DNA of 64,000 bases from Antedon mediterranea (GCF_964355755.1 NC_092675.1:23346912-23410911); one strand, 5' to 3'; shown: positions 37,351 to 63,850, counted from the stretch's first letter. Notes: generated by a model not told the origin, from the sequence alone. Program-made: numbers and translations.

Positions 37351-40300
37351 TCAGCATTTTGGATCAGTGCTGGCGTCTGCAGCTTTACTATCTTTAACAA
37401 CTTCTACGGGAATGCTGTGCTGTGATTCGCTGTCTGCTGTATTATCAGTATTGCCTCCACCCTCTTCATCATATTCACTGACAGATGAGCTTACTAATGT
37501 CAATGAACTGGAATCATAAGACTGATCTGAAGAAGCTTTTGATGCAGGTCTGGCAACAGAATCAGTAACATCTATTGCACTACCTTGCTTGACTTCTACA
37601 GTCACAGGTTCATTGTTGTCAGTGGTGTTGCTTTCTATATTACTGGCTATTTCCAGACTGTTATTACCAAGTGGCTGTGGCTAGAATGAAAGAACATACT
37701 TATTATTGAACCTTCCTACACCATATTAATTACTGCCACTTTTCCAACAGTCTAGCTCTTGTTTTCCTATGTCTGGATTTAATTTTTAGATCTACAGTAT
37801 AGATATTATCAGTGGACCTATTCTCTACAAAAATTTAAAAGCGTATGCTTAGTACTGTAAATTCTCCAAAAACTGAATGAATACAGAAAACAGATATGTT
37901 ACTAAGGTTCGAAAATATAAAAAAAAATCTGGAAAACTAAATAAGATTTTAAGAAAGTTAACAGTATAATGATAGTTTGTATGGTAGATGCATATGGACT
38001 TTTCCAGGTAAGTCATTCTCATATGGTGGTCCTGAATTAGTACAAACTAGACTTACTGTAACAGTACTCCTAAACTTTAACCGGTTTAAAAGAGACTGTT
38101 CATCATCACTGATAATCAGTGAATGCTGCAGAGGTGAAAGAGCTCTTTCTGCAGGCTGCTGTGATGATGAAATATCAAGAAGACCTCCACCACCTTTGCC
38201 CTTTTGCTTGAGTTCAAGATAATTCTCCTGTTCCTTTCTCTTTTTAAATGTTTTCTTTCGTTGTTCACGATATAAACTCAATCTGAGAAGTAAATAATTG
38301 TGAGTTCATTTCCAGTGAAACGAACAAGGTGCAATACAAGAACGATACAATATTAACTCTATTATTAAACAATAATTTCCGTTGATCATCTGAGATACAT
38401 GCTTTAACACAATGGCTAACCTTTATTTAGGTGACACACCTATTAAGCAGACACTTTGTCTTTAATAGGAGTTTTACTGTATATAATTTATATAATAAAT
38501 TGTTTGTACCTTTCTTTACTACTAGCCTGAAGTAACTGCTCTCTGGCACTGATGTCTGTAGCACCAGGAAGTACAGGCAAGTTTAGTATTCTTCGCTGAT
38601 CAATAGATTTGTTCAACAAGACATCCTCTTCAAAATCATTACTAGAAATTATGACAATAACATACATATTATGTACATACATTGGTTACATCTTAACAAT
38701 GCATAGATCACAAAATGTTTGGAGTGTGAGAAGCAAAAAGAACACCAAACAAACATATAACATTGATGCATTATGTCACTCAATATGATACAGGTACTAC
38801 TTAATACATGGTGGAGGCTAAAATTATTACTATTATACAGATAAATCAAAAGTTGCTTGCCATACATATACTTATATTTACCTTCTAATGTTTCTTGGAC
38901 TTGACTGAACTGGGTTTTGAACTCCTTGAAATCGTGGTTGCATGTAGAGTTTATTTTCATTTTCCAATGTCAATGATGGTAGTTGAGTTGCTCTGTGAGG
39001 TAACATCTGACTGTTTATTGGAGTTACTTGACCTGAAGGCTGGTAACTTCTTGACAAAAGGTTATATCCACCAGACGATCCGCCACCACCACCACCTTTC
39101 AACATAATTAGTGTAATTATTGACCACATTCTACCATGCCATAATAATATAGCTCTACAAAACAAGAACATAACGTTTTTTCTCCTACCTGGTTGACCTG
39201 GTCGATCAATTAGCTGTTGTACTAGTTGTTTAAGTAGATGCAACTCTGATGTAATCTCACTAACAGCTATTGATTGCTTATCTTTCAACTTTTTTATCTC
39301 ACTCTTCATAGATGCTATAACTTCCTTACTATCTTCATCTACTCCATGATAATGCTCTCGAAATTGGTCAAAGTCATCCTTAAAAGTCAAGTATTATTAT
39401 TATCATTATGTGTTAGCCTAGTAGCCATCAATAAGTATTACTAGAGGTATGAATACCAGGATGGTGATCTGGAGGCTGTCGTTCAAGTCACACTCAAGAA
39501 TTCCATATTTACGATACAACTATATTATTGATCTTTATTGATCATGACATTATTTAATTGGATTGTGAAGTTTTTCTATTCTAAAACATTTAAAATTTCA
39601 TTTGTGTGGAGGCATTAACTTGTAATGTTTTTGGTCATTAGAAATGTATGTCTTGAGATAGACCCAGATTTGGAAACTAAGGCCATTGGATTGACAAGCA
39701 TTTATTTTACAGTATAAAGTAGAAATAAGTAACAAACAGTTGTTGTTGACAATGACATACTGTTGAAGTACACAATGAAATGTACATCTAACATTTTAAG
39801 AGGTTTTCTTTAAATGCAAAATTGAAAAACAAAGTACTAACTTTTATTTGGAATGTAACTTTTTTAAGCTCATCCCCACCCTCAGTAACCGTATCATCAT
39901 CATAGAACAGTGTTTCTGGTGAACAGTGTTGATGTACATAGGCACGAACACTTTGTTTTTTCGAATGGGACAGGCCTTCTTCTATTCCTTGCATGATGGA
40001 TGCTCGCTGCATAATGGCGTTTGAAAAGGCGTTATCATATACTCTATAAGCAAAAGAATATATAACACATGATGGAATATATATATACTGTATTACATAA
40101 TATATGTATATGGTATGATAGTGGAATTATTTCTGTACCGTTTTTCCTAAAACGTACCTTTGGAAAGTATCTGACAGCAGTGCTATGAAAAGATTAATGC
40201 CAACAAGTGCAGATATGGCTAAAAATGACCCCAATAAAATATTAGCCATAAACTTATCAATTTCCTTCATGCCCTGCAATGAAAGTGAAACCATGATTAG

Positions 40301-43300
40301 TATTATTTTTTTTAAATTTGTTCAACATTTATTTAGATTATTATTATTTTCTGCTTAGACAAAAAAGAGAAAGAGATGAGAGGAGGGTAAGAAGGCAGTA
40401 AACACCACATGGCTTGACATCTTTAAATGATGACCCTAAAATGTAGACAAAAACGGTTCTGGATTTGACAAATTCATATTAATACTCCACTACCACCAGT
40501 GATGACAGCTGTTATCATCTGTGCTGATGGCAGTTATCATCTGTGATGATGGCAGTTATCATCTGTGATGATGGCAGTTATCATCTGTGCTGATGGCAGT
40601 TATCATCTGTGATGATGGCAGTTATCATCTGTGATGATGGCAGTTATCATCTGTGATGATGGCAGTTATCATCTGTGCTGATGGCAGTTATCATCTGTGA
40701 TGATGGCAGTTATCATCATTGATGACCGCAGCTATTATCATTGATGACGGCAACTATCAATGATAACGGCAGCTATCATCATTGTTGACGGCAGCTATCA
40801 TCATCATTGTTGATGGCAGCTATTATCATTGATGACAGCAGCTATCATCATTGATAACAGCAGCTATCATCAGTGATGATGGCAGCTATTATAAATGATG
40901 ATGGCAGCTGAACTTGATCTTCAGGTTAGTCTACATAATTATTCAATCTGGAAATGTTTAAACAAAAAAAAGAATAAGGAGACTTAAACCTTGCAATACA
41001 AAAAAGATTCTTACATCATAATCATAGTCATCGACCAGTGTGATTCGAAACAGGCTAAAGGCTAGATCATCAAATGTTGTCATTCCAGTAACTTCTGTTC
41101 CTTTATCTGTTCCACCAAATATCATCCAGAAGGCACACACTAGAATAAAAAAAGTCAGTGATCCTTAGCTTACTGTAGCTTATTTAGCCATTTACAATGG
41201 CTAAATCTTCTCAGTTTTCCTGAGACCATTGGCAAAAACTCATGGTATATCGTAATAATATATATATATATATTTTTTCATTAAAGAGCAAATAAAACTT
41301 ACAGTATGGGATATAAAACTCCATGTATAAGAATAAAAATCTTGCACAATCCTTTGTAATATGCCCAAGCATTACAATAAACGGACCTGTAAAATATGAT
41401 AATAGTATTGATAAACCAACTTGTCATCAGTAAAGAGGATTGAATTAATTTGGCCAAAAATTTGAATGCTTGCAGAAAAAAAAATCACAAATTGTTATCG
41501 GCATCTACATTTTCAAGTCAGGTTTAGGCAAAGTTTATTCCCTAATACTATTTTAACAATAATACAAATGAGTGTATTAAAAAATGAGTAAAAATAACAA
41601 AGAACAAAATGAAGGAAATGTAATATCTTTGATAAGAGTAGATTTCTTTAGAAATATTTACTATAAAAAAAGATAGATAGATATCCACATTAGTGCATAT
41701 GTTTAAACGTCATTAAATTACCATTTAAACATTAAACTAACAAACCAATCATTGAATACACTCACCAATAGCTTTGAATGCTCTGGCAACTTTCATAAAG
41801 CGACACCAAACAAAGATGATTGTGACCGCAAAGATTCTTATGGTGACATCACTAAGAACATCACTTTTAATGAGCCAAGCTGTCAGATGGCAAATAGACA
41901 CTGCCAATAATAATACATACACAAACCAGTCCAAGTAATTCCTGTAAGTAACAAGAGTGATACCGATTGGAATTAGTATTCTGATAAAGTTATAGATGTT
42001 TTAATTTTCAAATTTCAAAAGAAATATATTCATGTCTTTCACTTCACTTCTATTTTACTCGATTCTTACCAAAATTCAGAGAAATATGACGGTCCTTTGC
42101 TTTCAACAAAGTCTATTTCACATTCTAAGTATGACTTCTCTTGGGGCCATCTTGGATGACAAAACTTAAGGTCTTTTTTTAACTCCCCAACACGCCATTC
42201 TTGCCATTTCTATAGAATAAAAAGTAAAATAATATATTGGTTTCATACTGTCTGTAAAATTTCAAATCAGGTTGCACAAAATAGTCTTTCTATAACAAAT
42301 GATCAATCAATCAATTAAATTATTCTCCTCCCCAGTGATCAAGCCCAGATTTTCAGCCTATACTATTGTATATGGTTTGTGTACTTTTAATATAAATTAC
42401 TGTTGTCTAATAATAAATATACTTTACTGAACCACTTGAAATCAATGCTTCAGCACTGAAAGTGTCATTCATACAATGCATCCACAAAATAAATACCTTA
42501 AAATTCTTCTTGCTCTGCATGTACTCTCTTATTTCTAAAAATATCTGGACGAATGTGCAAATTGTTGCTAGAATCTAATAAACCAAAAAAAAAAAAATGG
42601 GAAGAAAATACTGTAATCGAGTTGAACGATTGGACTGGTTTTTTTAAGCACAATCTTGCATTTTGACAGCACCAAATATTTTATTAGATTAGTAACTTTT
42701 TTTAATATATTCTTTTACTCCAAAACCATGGCATTATACTGGAATGTTTGTAGCCAGTGATTGTGCTGACTACTTTCCACTTTTACTTTTTACTTGGTTA
42801 AAAGTATCAATTAAAAACCTAAAACAACAGACAGTTTACTTTATATTTTACTTTAAAATACTGCAAAATTCACCTTTCAAGCTATATTTGTCAACTCACC
42901 ATTATAGAAAACTGGAAGATATCAATAGCTTTTGAAAAGTCGTAAGTAATTGGAGACTTCATTGTAACTGCAAGAATTGTCCACAGCAAAATGATAAAGA
43001 TATTCCATATTACCTGCTTCAAAACACCAAACCTAATTGAAATGTAAACACAATTGATTAGAACAATCTTCAACATTCATAAATGATAATGTACTAATAG
43101 TAGTTACACTATGGCAATAAGCTCACCATAGGGTATAAGAGTTAATTGAATATAGTGAAATCTTCTATAAGTAGGATGATCGATTGATTGAACTCTTTGG
43201 TCACAATAAAAGCTTGACCAATGTTTACACCAGTACCTTAAGTACTATAAAACCACTCTAGACCTTAAGACCCATTAGAACAATTTCATAACTTTCCATG

Positions 43301-46300
43301 GACAGCATAAGTGTAAATGTTCACTTACTAAATAGACAACCATTGAACAATTAGTTGTAGCCTACCTTCCACATAGCTGCCATTTGATGTCAATGAGCCG
43401 CAGTATAACTGGATGCTTAATGACCTCAAGTTGATTGTACTCTACAACAACTTGCAACTATTACAAATAAATGGAAAAGCTTGTAATACATTTAAAGAGC
43501 AACATCACATCAATCTTTTTAAACAACTGAATGTAAAGTGATCTTATCTACTAATCAAATTTGTACAATACACAAGGGGTATAATCAGAGTTTATGGAAT
43601 AAATGGGATATGACAATGATAATATGTTCATTTGGAAATAGCGCATATAAGTTGGTTCTCAATGCGATGCATTGTGTGAAGAACTATTTAAATCAAGCTC
43701 TTGCAAGATGTAAATGACTGACATGTCTTGATAATGATTGCGTTTACTTACAACAGATCTACTCTTAGGCTCCCTATCGGTTTCCTTTATAGGCTCTAAC
43801 AAGTGTATGTCATAATACTGTTTACGATTAGCTCGGTCTCTACGATGGAAATTGTTAAGAGCTTCAATTGCCTGTGGGAAAATGAAACACAGGGTACTTA
43901 TAAATAGTTCAAGGGTTTAAAAATGAATAATAAACCATAATTAGAAGAAAATCAGACTATACCACAGTAGGCATCTTGCAAATCATCAGAATCATTGCAG
44001 TTAACCCAGACTTATCAACATCACAAGCCTTCGCTCCCAGCTCCAACAAGACAAGAGCAGTTTCACTTCGATCTGTTGTACATGTAGAAAAAAAATCAGT
44101 CCAGAATCTATTCCCATGATTATTGTTTTATACATTATCTAAAATAGTTTTCTTCCAATATCATTATTAAGAATAGGAAGTTAAGATCTGGAAATGGATA
44201 GGACATGTGCTTAAAATGGAAGATGACAGGTATTGTACTGTATAATAGCATTTATGAAAGTATAATTCAATTATAGTTAATCGTCATCATTACCAAGTTC
44301 TGCAGCAACTTGAAGGGGTGTTCTATCTTTGTAATCTCTTGGGTTGATATCCGCTCCAAGTTTGTGCAGCATCTTCAATGATTCACATGCATCGTTACGA
44401 GCAGCATAATGTAGTGGTGTTTGAAGCTCCTCTTTAGTTTTAGACTCAATGTCAGCTGATGGATTAATTGATAACACGACATAATGTAAATGTCAAGTAG
44501 CAATATCGATAAATCAAAGATAAAAATAATCAAATTTCTACAAGTTTTGTTTACCTGGGTACCGGTAGGTGTGTATGTAATTGAGAGCTTACCTCCATTT
44601 TCAATGAGAAAATTAACCATTTCTGAATAGTCCACAGCAGCAGCCACATGCAAAGGAGTTCGACCAAAGCAATCTTTACAATTCACATCAGCTCCTCTCT
44701 CCAACAAAAATTGGGCAACATCAGTTTCCCATTCCCTGGCAACCTTTTTTTTTTTAAAAACAAAAAATAAGTATCTTTCCAACGGCATAAAATATATAGT
44801 GCTCTGAAAGAATGTCTGGCAAAATGCAAGAGCCATCATAAAACAAACCAACTGTTCAACATTCTTCTTAATACTCTCTCTCTCTCTCTCTCTAGACAAC
44901 AAATAAAATCTATATGTGGCCTATGTTGAGTGCCAACAGATGAACAAAACAATACCTCATGTAAAATAGTCTGTCCATATCGATCAATACAATTGACACT
45001 TGCTCCTGAACTCAACATCTGGTCAACATAATCCAGGTCAATTTCTTCCGATACATCAGAAGATTCTGCTAACTTTGAAAAGTAAGAGATGAGGTACCGA
45101 TTGCGTGGATTTGGTTTCATATCTTCGTTCACAATTCCATCTAATCCACGAATTCCTTTGGATGGACTGCCTACAAATAGAAATTAAACATAAAAATTTT
45201 ACAGTAAAATGTAAAATCAATATTTCTTTTAAACTTGGTGGTCTTACAACATAAAAGTAAATTTTACATTTTTAGTAAATTAATATGAATTTGTCTTATA
45301 TTAACCATGATTTTAATTTACTGTTAATGCTATGCAGGATAACTGAGGGTTATTATTGTGAGATAAAAACACTAATCTAAATGTAATGTTAAATTCTAAG
45401 TAGAGCAACAACACTTTGTGAGAAAATTTAGGTTTTTAATGGTGCATTCAATTGGGGATGTAATGGTGCTGATTTTACAAACTGACTATAAGTACTACAT
45501 TGGTTTGCTCAAAATCAACAGTTATTGTAGGACTGCATAGGAACAACTATGGCTAAGATACTGCTGGTCAAATGTTACAAAAAGCATGTACTGGTTAGAT
45601 GTAAAATATATATACAATCATGCTTAACACAACTAATATAAAAATAATTACAATCAGTAAAACCTAAAATAAATAAGTGAATGGCAACTACTCACAAAAT
45701 TTGCTTTGGTTACAAAGATCAATGTATCCTAACATGTTTACGCTAACCATAGATACATTAATAATTCCGCTCTGGTGTTTTATTTATTGATCAGCGATGG
45801 TAAATATGAATGCTTTTTGATTAATTGAAGTTTTGTATGAAATGGAAAAGTACAGTTTGAATAATTATGTTAATGTGTAATTGTTGATAATATTGCAGAA
45901 TTTTATACTATTGACTGTTGATCCAATTAAATACAGAAAGAACAATTGAATTTTGAACAAGTGAGGGCCTAAGTTTCCATTTAATTTACTCTGTCACAAC
46001 AAAACTGTTTTGTGTGACAAGTGACAGGAAAACCTAGAGAGTTTTTATCTCTACAAACCAGGCTTTACCAGAGAGAGAATGTGAGGAATCGTTTTTTTTT
46101 GTTTAATAAAATTATTAGTGTATTCTTAGACTAATCTGGTTTCTAAACATAATATGAATATGTTTCTACTCAGCACTATAATAATATTGTGATTGTAGCC
46201 ATATGATCATGGTGGCATTAGTATCAATAGCTGGCCTATAATATGATGTAATGATCAATCAATTTTATGAAATGCTGTGATGATTATGATAATAATGAAA

Positions 46301-48069
46301 ATATGTTAGACTAGAGGTTGGGATAATGATGTATGATGATTAAATAAATTATGATATATTAATTCAATTTTTTCATAGATTTACAACAAACAGTGGTTCT
46401 AATTAAACATCTGCATGATAAAACGACCAAATTTGGCTAAAATAAAATTTTTAACTGCTTTAAACTTAATTGCGCATCATAACCACCATACCAGAAGATT
46501 TTGGTGGTACAGTACCAAATCTGTAGCCAGTTAATGAGTTAGTGTTTGTGTGTTCGAAAGAAACTCCTCTATAACTGTATCTCTGATAAACTATCATTAT
46601 CAAGGCATGGGTATAGAAATGTGTTTACTTTCATGCCTATACGTCAGACAAATATCATCTACTGTACTGCAGAACACAATCTTAAACAAAATGTATGTCA
46701 TTTTTTGGAAAGGGGGGGGGGGGTAAGGGGGTTGGAATCTCCTATAACAATCCTGGCTAAATCTTGGTTCCCACTAGAACGTAACGCAAGGACGTAAACG
46801 CAACGCAAGCGTTTTAACCAATGACAAGCGAAGTTATAGACAGTTAGCAATCACAAGCGAATAAGCCATCGCTTGTGATTGGTCAATTCACTTGCGTTGC
46901 GTTACGTCGTTGTGTTGCGTCGCTAGTGAGAACCACACTTAAAGGCTTAAGTACTACAGTAAGTAACATCATTGATATGTTCATTGATTTATAATATTCA
47001 ATGATTTTTTTAATGAAGATGATAGCTAATAATTGAGGGCTAAAAATCTTAGGTGAAAATTATACAATAGCAGTATCCTGTAGTTAGCTTCTGTGAGTGA
47101 CAAACATGCAGACATAATGTAAGCCCATCATACTGACCATGACAACTTCCATTAACAAAGTGTCTACCTTTTGCATGCTCTGCAAAAATATATAATTACA
47201 TCATTGACTGTACAATACAAATAAACACAGATTTACAGTTTTCTTTTTGCAATTTTTTCATACTGTACATACCTCTTTTGGCTTGAGCATAACAGATTGC
47301 AAATAGTTTTGAAGAAAATATGATGAAAACATAATATAAACTAAGTAAACACTGTAAAAATCGTAGTAATATACAATAGAAAAAGAAATATTCATGCAAA
47401 TAATTAATTGTTACAAATTATTATTATTTTTATATATAATACATATAGGGGGGACGACCCCACACAAGATAAAAAAAAAACTAAGTAAACATTTAAATAT
47501 TTAAACGAATTCAAAGATCTTTCGGTTCAGTTTCTTATTTTTTAAATTCAATATTTAGTGAATTCTAATAGTACAATTAGGCAATTTGATATAGATAAAA
47601 AAAGATTATATAGCAGTAATATTTCTTATATTATTATAGAAAATATTTGCCATAGAAAATTGTCAGTACAGACCTCATATCAAATTTCTCCAACATATCA
47701 AACAAGATTGACAAACAAATATACATAAATTTTTATTTATTTAAAAATAACACATTTAGAATAACAAATAATGAATGGCAAAAAAAAATCAAAATAAATA
47801 CCTATTATACATCTGCGACGACTTGTTCGCATTACTTTAAACTTTTCTACACCTTTCTTGACATTTTTTATGACAGTGACAGTGTCTGCTGTGGACATCT
47901 TTGCACCATCTCTTGCTAACTTTGACCTTTCCATGTTATTGAGTTTCTTCATGGCTGTATCGGATCCAAAATCACCTAGTTCCATATGTGAAAGTAAGGC
48001 ATCATCACCACTTGGGGAAACCTTCCCAGTTCTTCGCCTTTTCTTTTTGTGTTTTTTGCTGGAACTCAT
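37351..48069 (-). CDS. Ankyrin-repeat TRP cation channel (TRPV/TRPA-related, possibly TRPVL), 20 coding exons
   Basis: Exons 48069-47802, 45170-44956, 44743-44593, 44455-44294, 44072-43963, 43871-43752, 43457-43366, 43032-42900, 42574-42497, 42209-42070, 41941-41766, 41387-41302, 41139-41015, 40273-40158, 40044-39842, 39378-39189, 39095-38882, 38641-38510, 38282-38057, 37680-37351. About 4-5 ankyrin repeats (GRTPLHVAA, QTPLHYAA), pre-S1 HPVILRLIDIKW, FWNYLDW, pore FRITLVDDYDYD, S6 NLFIALLSDTFQRV, C-terminal coiled coil. Confidence 0.88.
40501..40910. repeat. 22-bp quasi-palindromic minisatellite grading into diverged 21-bp units (TRP intron 13)
   Basis: About nine near-perfect GATGATGGCAGTTATCATCTGT units (40501-40715), then GATGACGGCAGCTATCATCATT-type units. 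Confidence 0.92.
46761..46939. mobile_element. PIF/Harbinger (Tourist-like) MITE
   Basis: TIR TGGTTCCCACTAG...CTAGTGAGAACCA, palindromic body, TAA on both flanks (46758-46760 and 46940-46942). Confidence 0.72.
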
Positions 48070-48769
48070 ATCTGTTTGTTACAAATATGATGTTAAAGAT
48101 GTATTGTCCCTCTAAACATGTAAATAGGCCTTTTTGTTTTACTTATACAAGGCAAAATAATTGTAAGATTGACCCAAAAACATGTCTGACAGATTTACTA
48201 AATATATGTTTGGTAATGTGAATAAATATGTGACATTAAAAATAAATAAATAGGCCTAAATGGCATGTCACATGTCATATATACAAAAACTGTTTTCTTT
48301 TCTGTCTTTTTCAGGACAATATAATATCTCTAGGCTATTATAGGCCTAGCTAGGCTAAAAAGGACATTATAATATAGGCCTAGGCCCCCTCCTAGGTAGC
48401 AACAAAATATTGTCATCATCAAAAAGAAAAGGAATCAACTAGGCTAGTTAGGCTAGGCTAGGCCTACCCTAAACTAAATAAAAGGTCTAGGCCTATACTA
48501 TAGGCTGCTGTATCTCTACTCGCCAACAGAGGCCCTACTACTCTCTCTAAGTGTATACTCCTACTACTACTCCTAGGCTAGTAGTAGTACTAGATAGTAG
48601 CATAGGCCTAGACTAAAGACTAGCCTAAGTAGGGCCATCATATTCAGTCAATTTTAGTAAATTTGGTAGCTAGCCTAGCTAGAACATGTAGATTAGGCTT
48701 AGGCCTGGGACTAACCCTACACATTACAGGGAAAATCTAGCTAGGCCTAGATCCTAAAACTAGAAAGCT

Positions 48770-49954
48770 TACTACATTAGGCCTTATTTTATCTTTATAC
48801 TTCTCAAAATTCCGATATTTTTTCCCTTCACTCGACGTCTCAGTTTTAATTTATTTACATGTTGCCATAGTCCAATTACCTTCAGCCAATCAGAGTCAAT
48901 CAAAATTCTGATCCTTTTTATGAAACGTCAGAAATGCCTTAATCGGCGTACTCTGTACACAAATTAGAAAAACCATTAGCTCCTGACGGAGGCATGCAAA
49001 CTAAAACCTTCAAATAATATATTACTCCTGACGGTACATATACAAACAATTATAACTATACTATTAAATTTTGTACAAATATACCGACCTAGAGCCGATT
49101 CAATGTTGTAATTGTAGATTCAATTGTTTGTATCATTATTTATATTGGGCTGACCAAGGCCCGGTCATATGCCGTAGGGCTCTAACAGTAACACCCTGTT
49201 TGTTACTGTCTTTCACCCCGACAGTTGACTTTTTTTTTTTTTATATCTATTCGTTTGTGTTTCATTTGAAAAAAAACAACAATATATAATAATAGGAAAA
49301 AATCACACACACAATCACACACGCACAAAGCACTTTTTTTTTCACTTTTCTTTGTTTTTTTTTGTTCAGGGGGACAATATGAAGTAAGATAAGACAATGT
49401 ACAGTACTCAGATGGTACAGTACTTGAATTGTTAATTGTAGAATCTGTTTTTTGTGTGTGTGTTCCGCTGCGTTGGTCCTGTTTTTGTTTTGTTATTAAA
49501 TTATAAAATATGAAAACAAAATAATTAAAAATATAGAAGAAATTGTACTGAAGAAATGTAGAAAGTTCAACATTTATAATAAATACAAAAATTTGCTATA
49601 TACATGGAGTTGTAAAAAGGATTTTGTGTATTGATATTGAAATTATTTGCTCATTCGATCGAATGTAAGCCTATTAGTATTTTATACGAAAAGTGCCTTC
49701 CATATACGTTTTCTTGATTTCTTAAAACCCTTGAGGGCAGCAAATAAATATTGACAATTTACTTTTTTCCGACCTCCAAAAGGTCGTCGATTCTATCGTC
49801 GCTGCCCGTATTTTAGGTGAATTTCAAACCAAATTTTATAAATAAGGAACAATTATGGACGTTTTTTGTCATAATACATGAAATCCATATTTAATTTAAA
49901 AGAAATATCCTTGGATTTTGTTTGAAATTGGTAAGGTATTTTAATTAATAAATC
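48770..49954. promoter_or_regulatory. Putative divergent promoter region between the TRP gene (-) and mib1 (+)
   Basis: Head-to-head start codons at 48069 and 49955; minus-strand donor (plus-strand GCTTAC, ~48767) for a probable 5'UTR exon; CCAAT box AGCCAATCAG at ~48884; X-box half-site GTTGCCATAG at 48861. Confidence 0.45.
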
Positions 49955-61757
<11,803 letters not shown>

Positions 61758-63529
61758 GTAAATATTTAAAAGTAGAAATATGTTTCTTATCAATTCATTT
61801 TTTATTATTCGTTCTTTTCATAATCCATTTTTTTTATATCATTTACAAGTTGACTGTTTTTGCATTATAGGATGAAAGTTTTCATGACATGACATTTTCA
61901 GTCCTGTCTTCTTCATAAATGTGCAGAAATTTATTTTCATTTATTGCAGCAGATCCATGCCATTTTTAATGTCAATGGTTTTCGCAGTTAAAGACAATGC
62001 ATAATAGGAAACTATTGAATTGGGTACTACTAGCACATGCATTGTGAATTGTGTGGTTTATTGAGGAATGTTATGTTTTCATGCTTCAATCTATAATTAA
62101 TGTGTATAATAATATTAATAATGACATTATAATATAATAATAATATGATATATTATTTATATAGTTGTTTCTAAATTCTTATGTAGAAAATAGAAATATT
62201 TTTTTTGAATAGGTAGCGATCCGGATCAGTTGTATAATACTACAATAGAAAATAGTTTTATACACCTATATATTTCTATTACAGGTAGCAATTTCACAGG
62301 TCTAGGATAATGGAAATTTTGATCTGCCTCATTTGAAGCCAAATTTCTAATTTTTATTGCAGATTTATCATAGCAGGATTCAAATCATCATCTCTACACG
62401 TTAATAGTACACATTTAATCAAGTATTTAATAGGTGCAGAACATATAGGTAATTTAGGTGACCTTCAAGTTAGCAATATCTAGTAGTGAGATGAAAGTAC
62501 AGTACTGCATATCATCTAGTGGTAGACCAAATCAGCACCATGGTTAATCATAGCCAACACCACAGCTACTTATGAACCAGTGTAGCGTCGCTACAAATTT
62601 ACCACTGCTACTGATAGACCTACCATATAACTGTGTGCTACATATGACTTCAACTGATGGACCAGTTTTTGAAGACCAAACTGCTACCAACCTGTCTACT
62701 GGCTACCAACTGCTCAATAGCTACATGATTGTCAACTCCATTACACAAAGTAAGTACTTGTTTTTTATTTTTTTATCTTTTCTAGTCTTCAATAAAGTCT
62801 CTACATCTAGTATAGCAACATTTTGCTTGCTGTAGCACCAAATTCTGTTGGAACTCATGTTAATACCGAAATACTATTGTGATGGAGTGCTAGTAAAAGT
62901 GTTGTTTGTAGCAGCTACTGCCCCCTCCCTCTCATGTATGAAGAGAAATCATATTGTATTACCTTCATTTTACCATATTAATAATATTATTATTATTATA
63001 TAATGGTACTAAACACTACAGTATTTTAATATTAAAATCTCCATGGTTCATTTGCTATGATGTTGTCTAAATGAAAAAGATTTCCTCTGTTTTTATACCT
63101 TCATTGTTGTATTAATTTGTATACTATATATCTGGCATCAATATCTGGCATCATGCAGACTACGTTCGATTTTGGCATTTCTTTCTGGCAAAATTTCAAG
63201 AGAATACCGTGATTTTAATCACATGTTATAGTTGGAAACCACCCATTTATTAAGTCATAGGGAATAATTAGAATAATAACTTTAAAAAAACATAAAATAA
63301 ATGTAATGAATTATTGCTTCTGTCATAAATGTCTTTTTTTCTGCTCATGCATTGTCATAAGACAGGGTTTGTTGGTAAATTTGGGTGAAAGGTCACATAG
63401 CTTTTATACCCTTTCCAATAAGCAATTATATCATGGCCTTTTTTGGTTTTCTAATGTTTCTACTCAGGAATTTTGTTTTATTTTTTATATTATTGTACAT
63501 TAATAATCATCATGATCAACAAAGTTAAA

Positions 63530-63850
63530 ATGATTAGGATTATAACCATTATCAGTAAATATTCAGCAACAATATATTCGGAATGATTAGCAGCAGCATA
63601 TAGTAGTCACAATCATTTATCAATCAATCAACATCATTTCATGAGCAAAATATAGTCAACAAGACCAAGTACATGCAACATGATCAGCAAGAACATGACC
63701 AGAGATATAATCATATATCATCAACATAGTCTGAGTCAACACTGTCAACATTCATCATAGTCATCATGACAGCAATACACGCAACATAATCAACAACAAA
63801 TGTAACATAATCATAATAATAAAAGCATAAGCAACATTATCAGTAATATA
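63530..63850. repeat. Low-complexity CAA/CAT/ATA-rich degenerate tract in mib1 intron 11
   Basis: Strand-skewed ATCAACA/ATCATA-type repeats with no ORF. Confidence 0.5.

Noticed and set aside
38878-39390. 170-aa standalone ORF
   Set aside because: Read-through of two TRP exons and the stop-free intron between them.
40501-40910. Palindromic 22-bp repeats as a CRISPR array
   Set aside because: Units are head-to-tail with no unique spacers, lie in a spliceosomal intron, and there are no cas genes.
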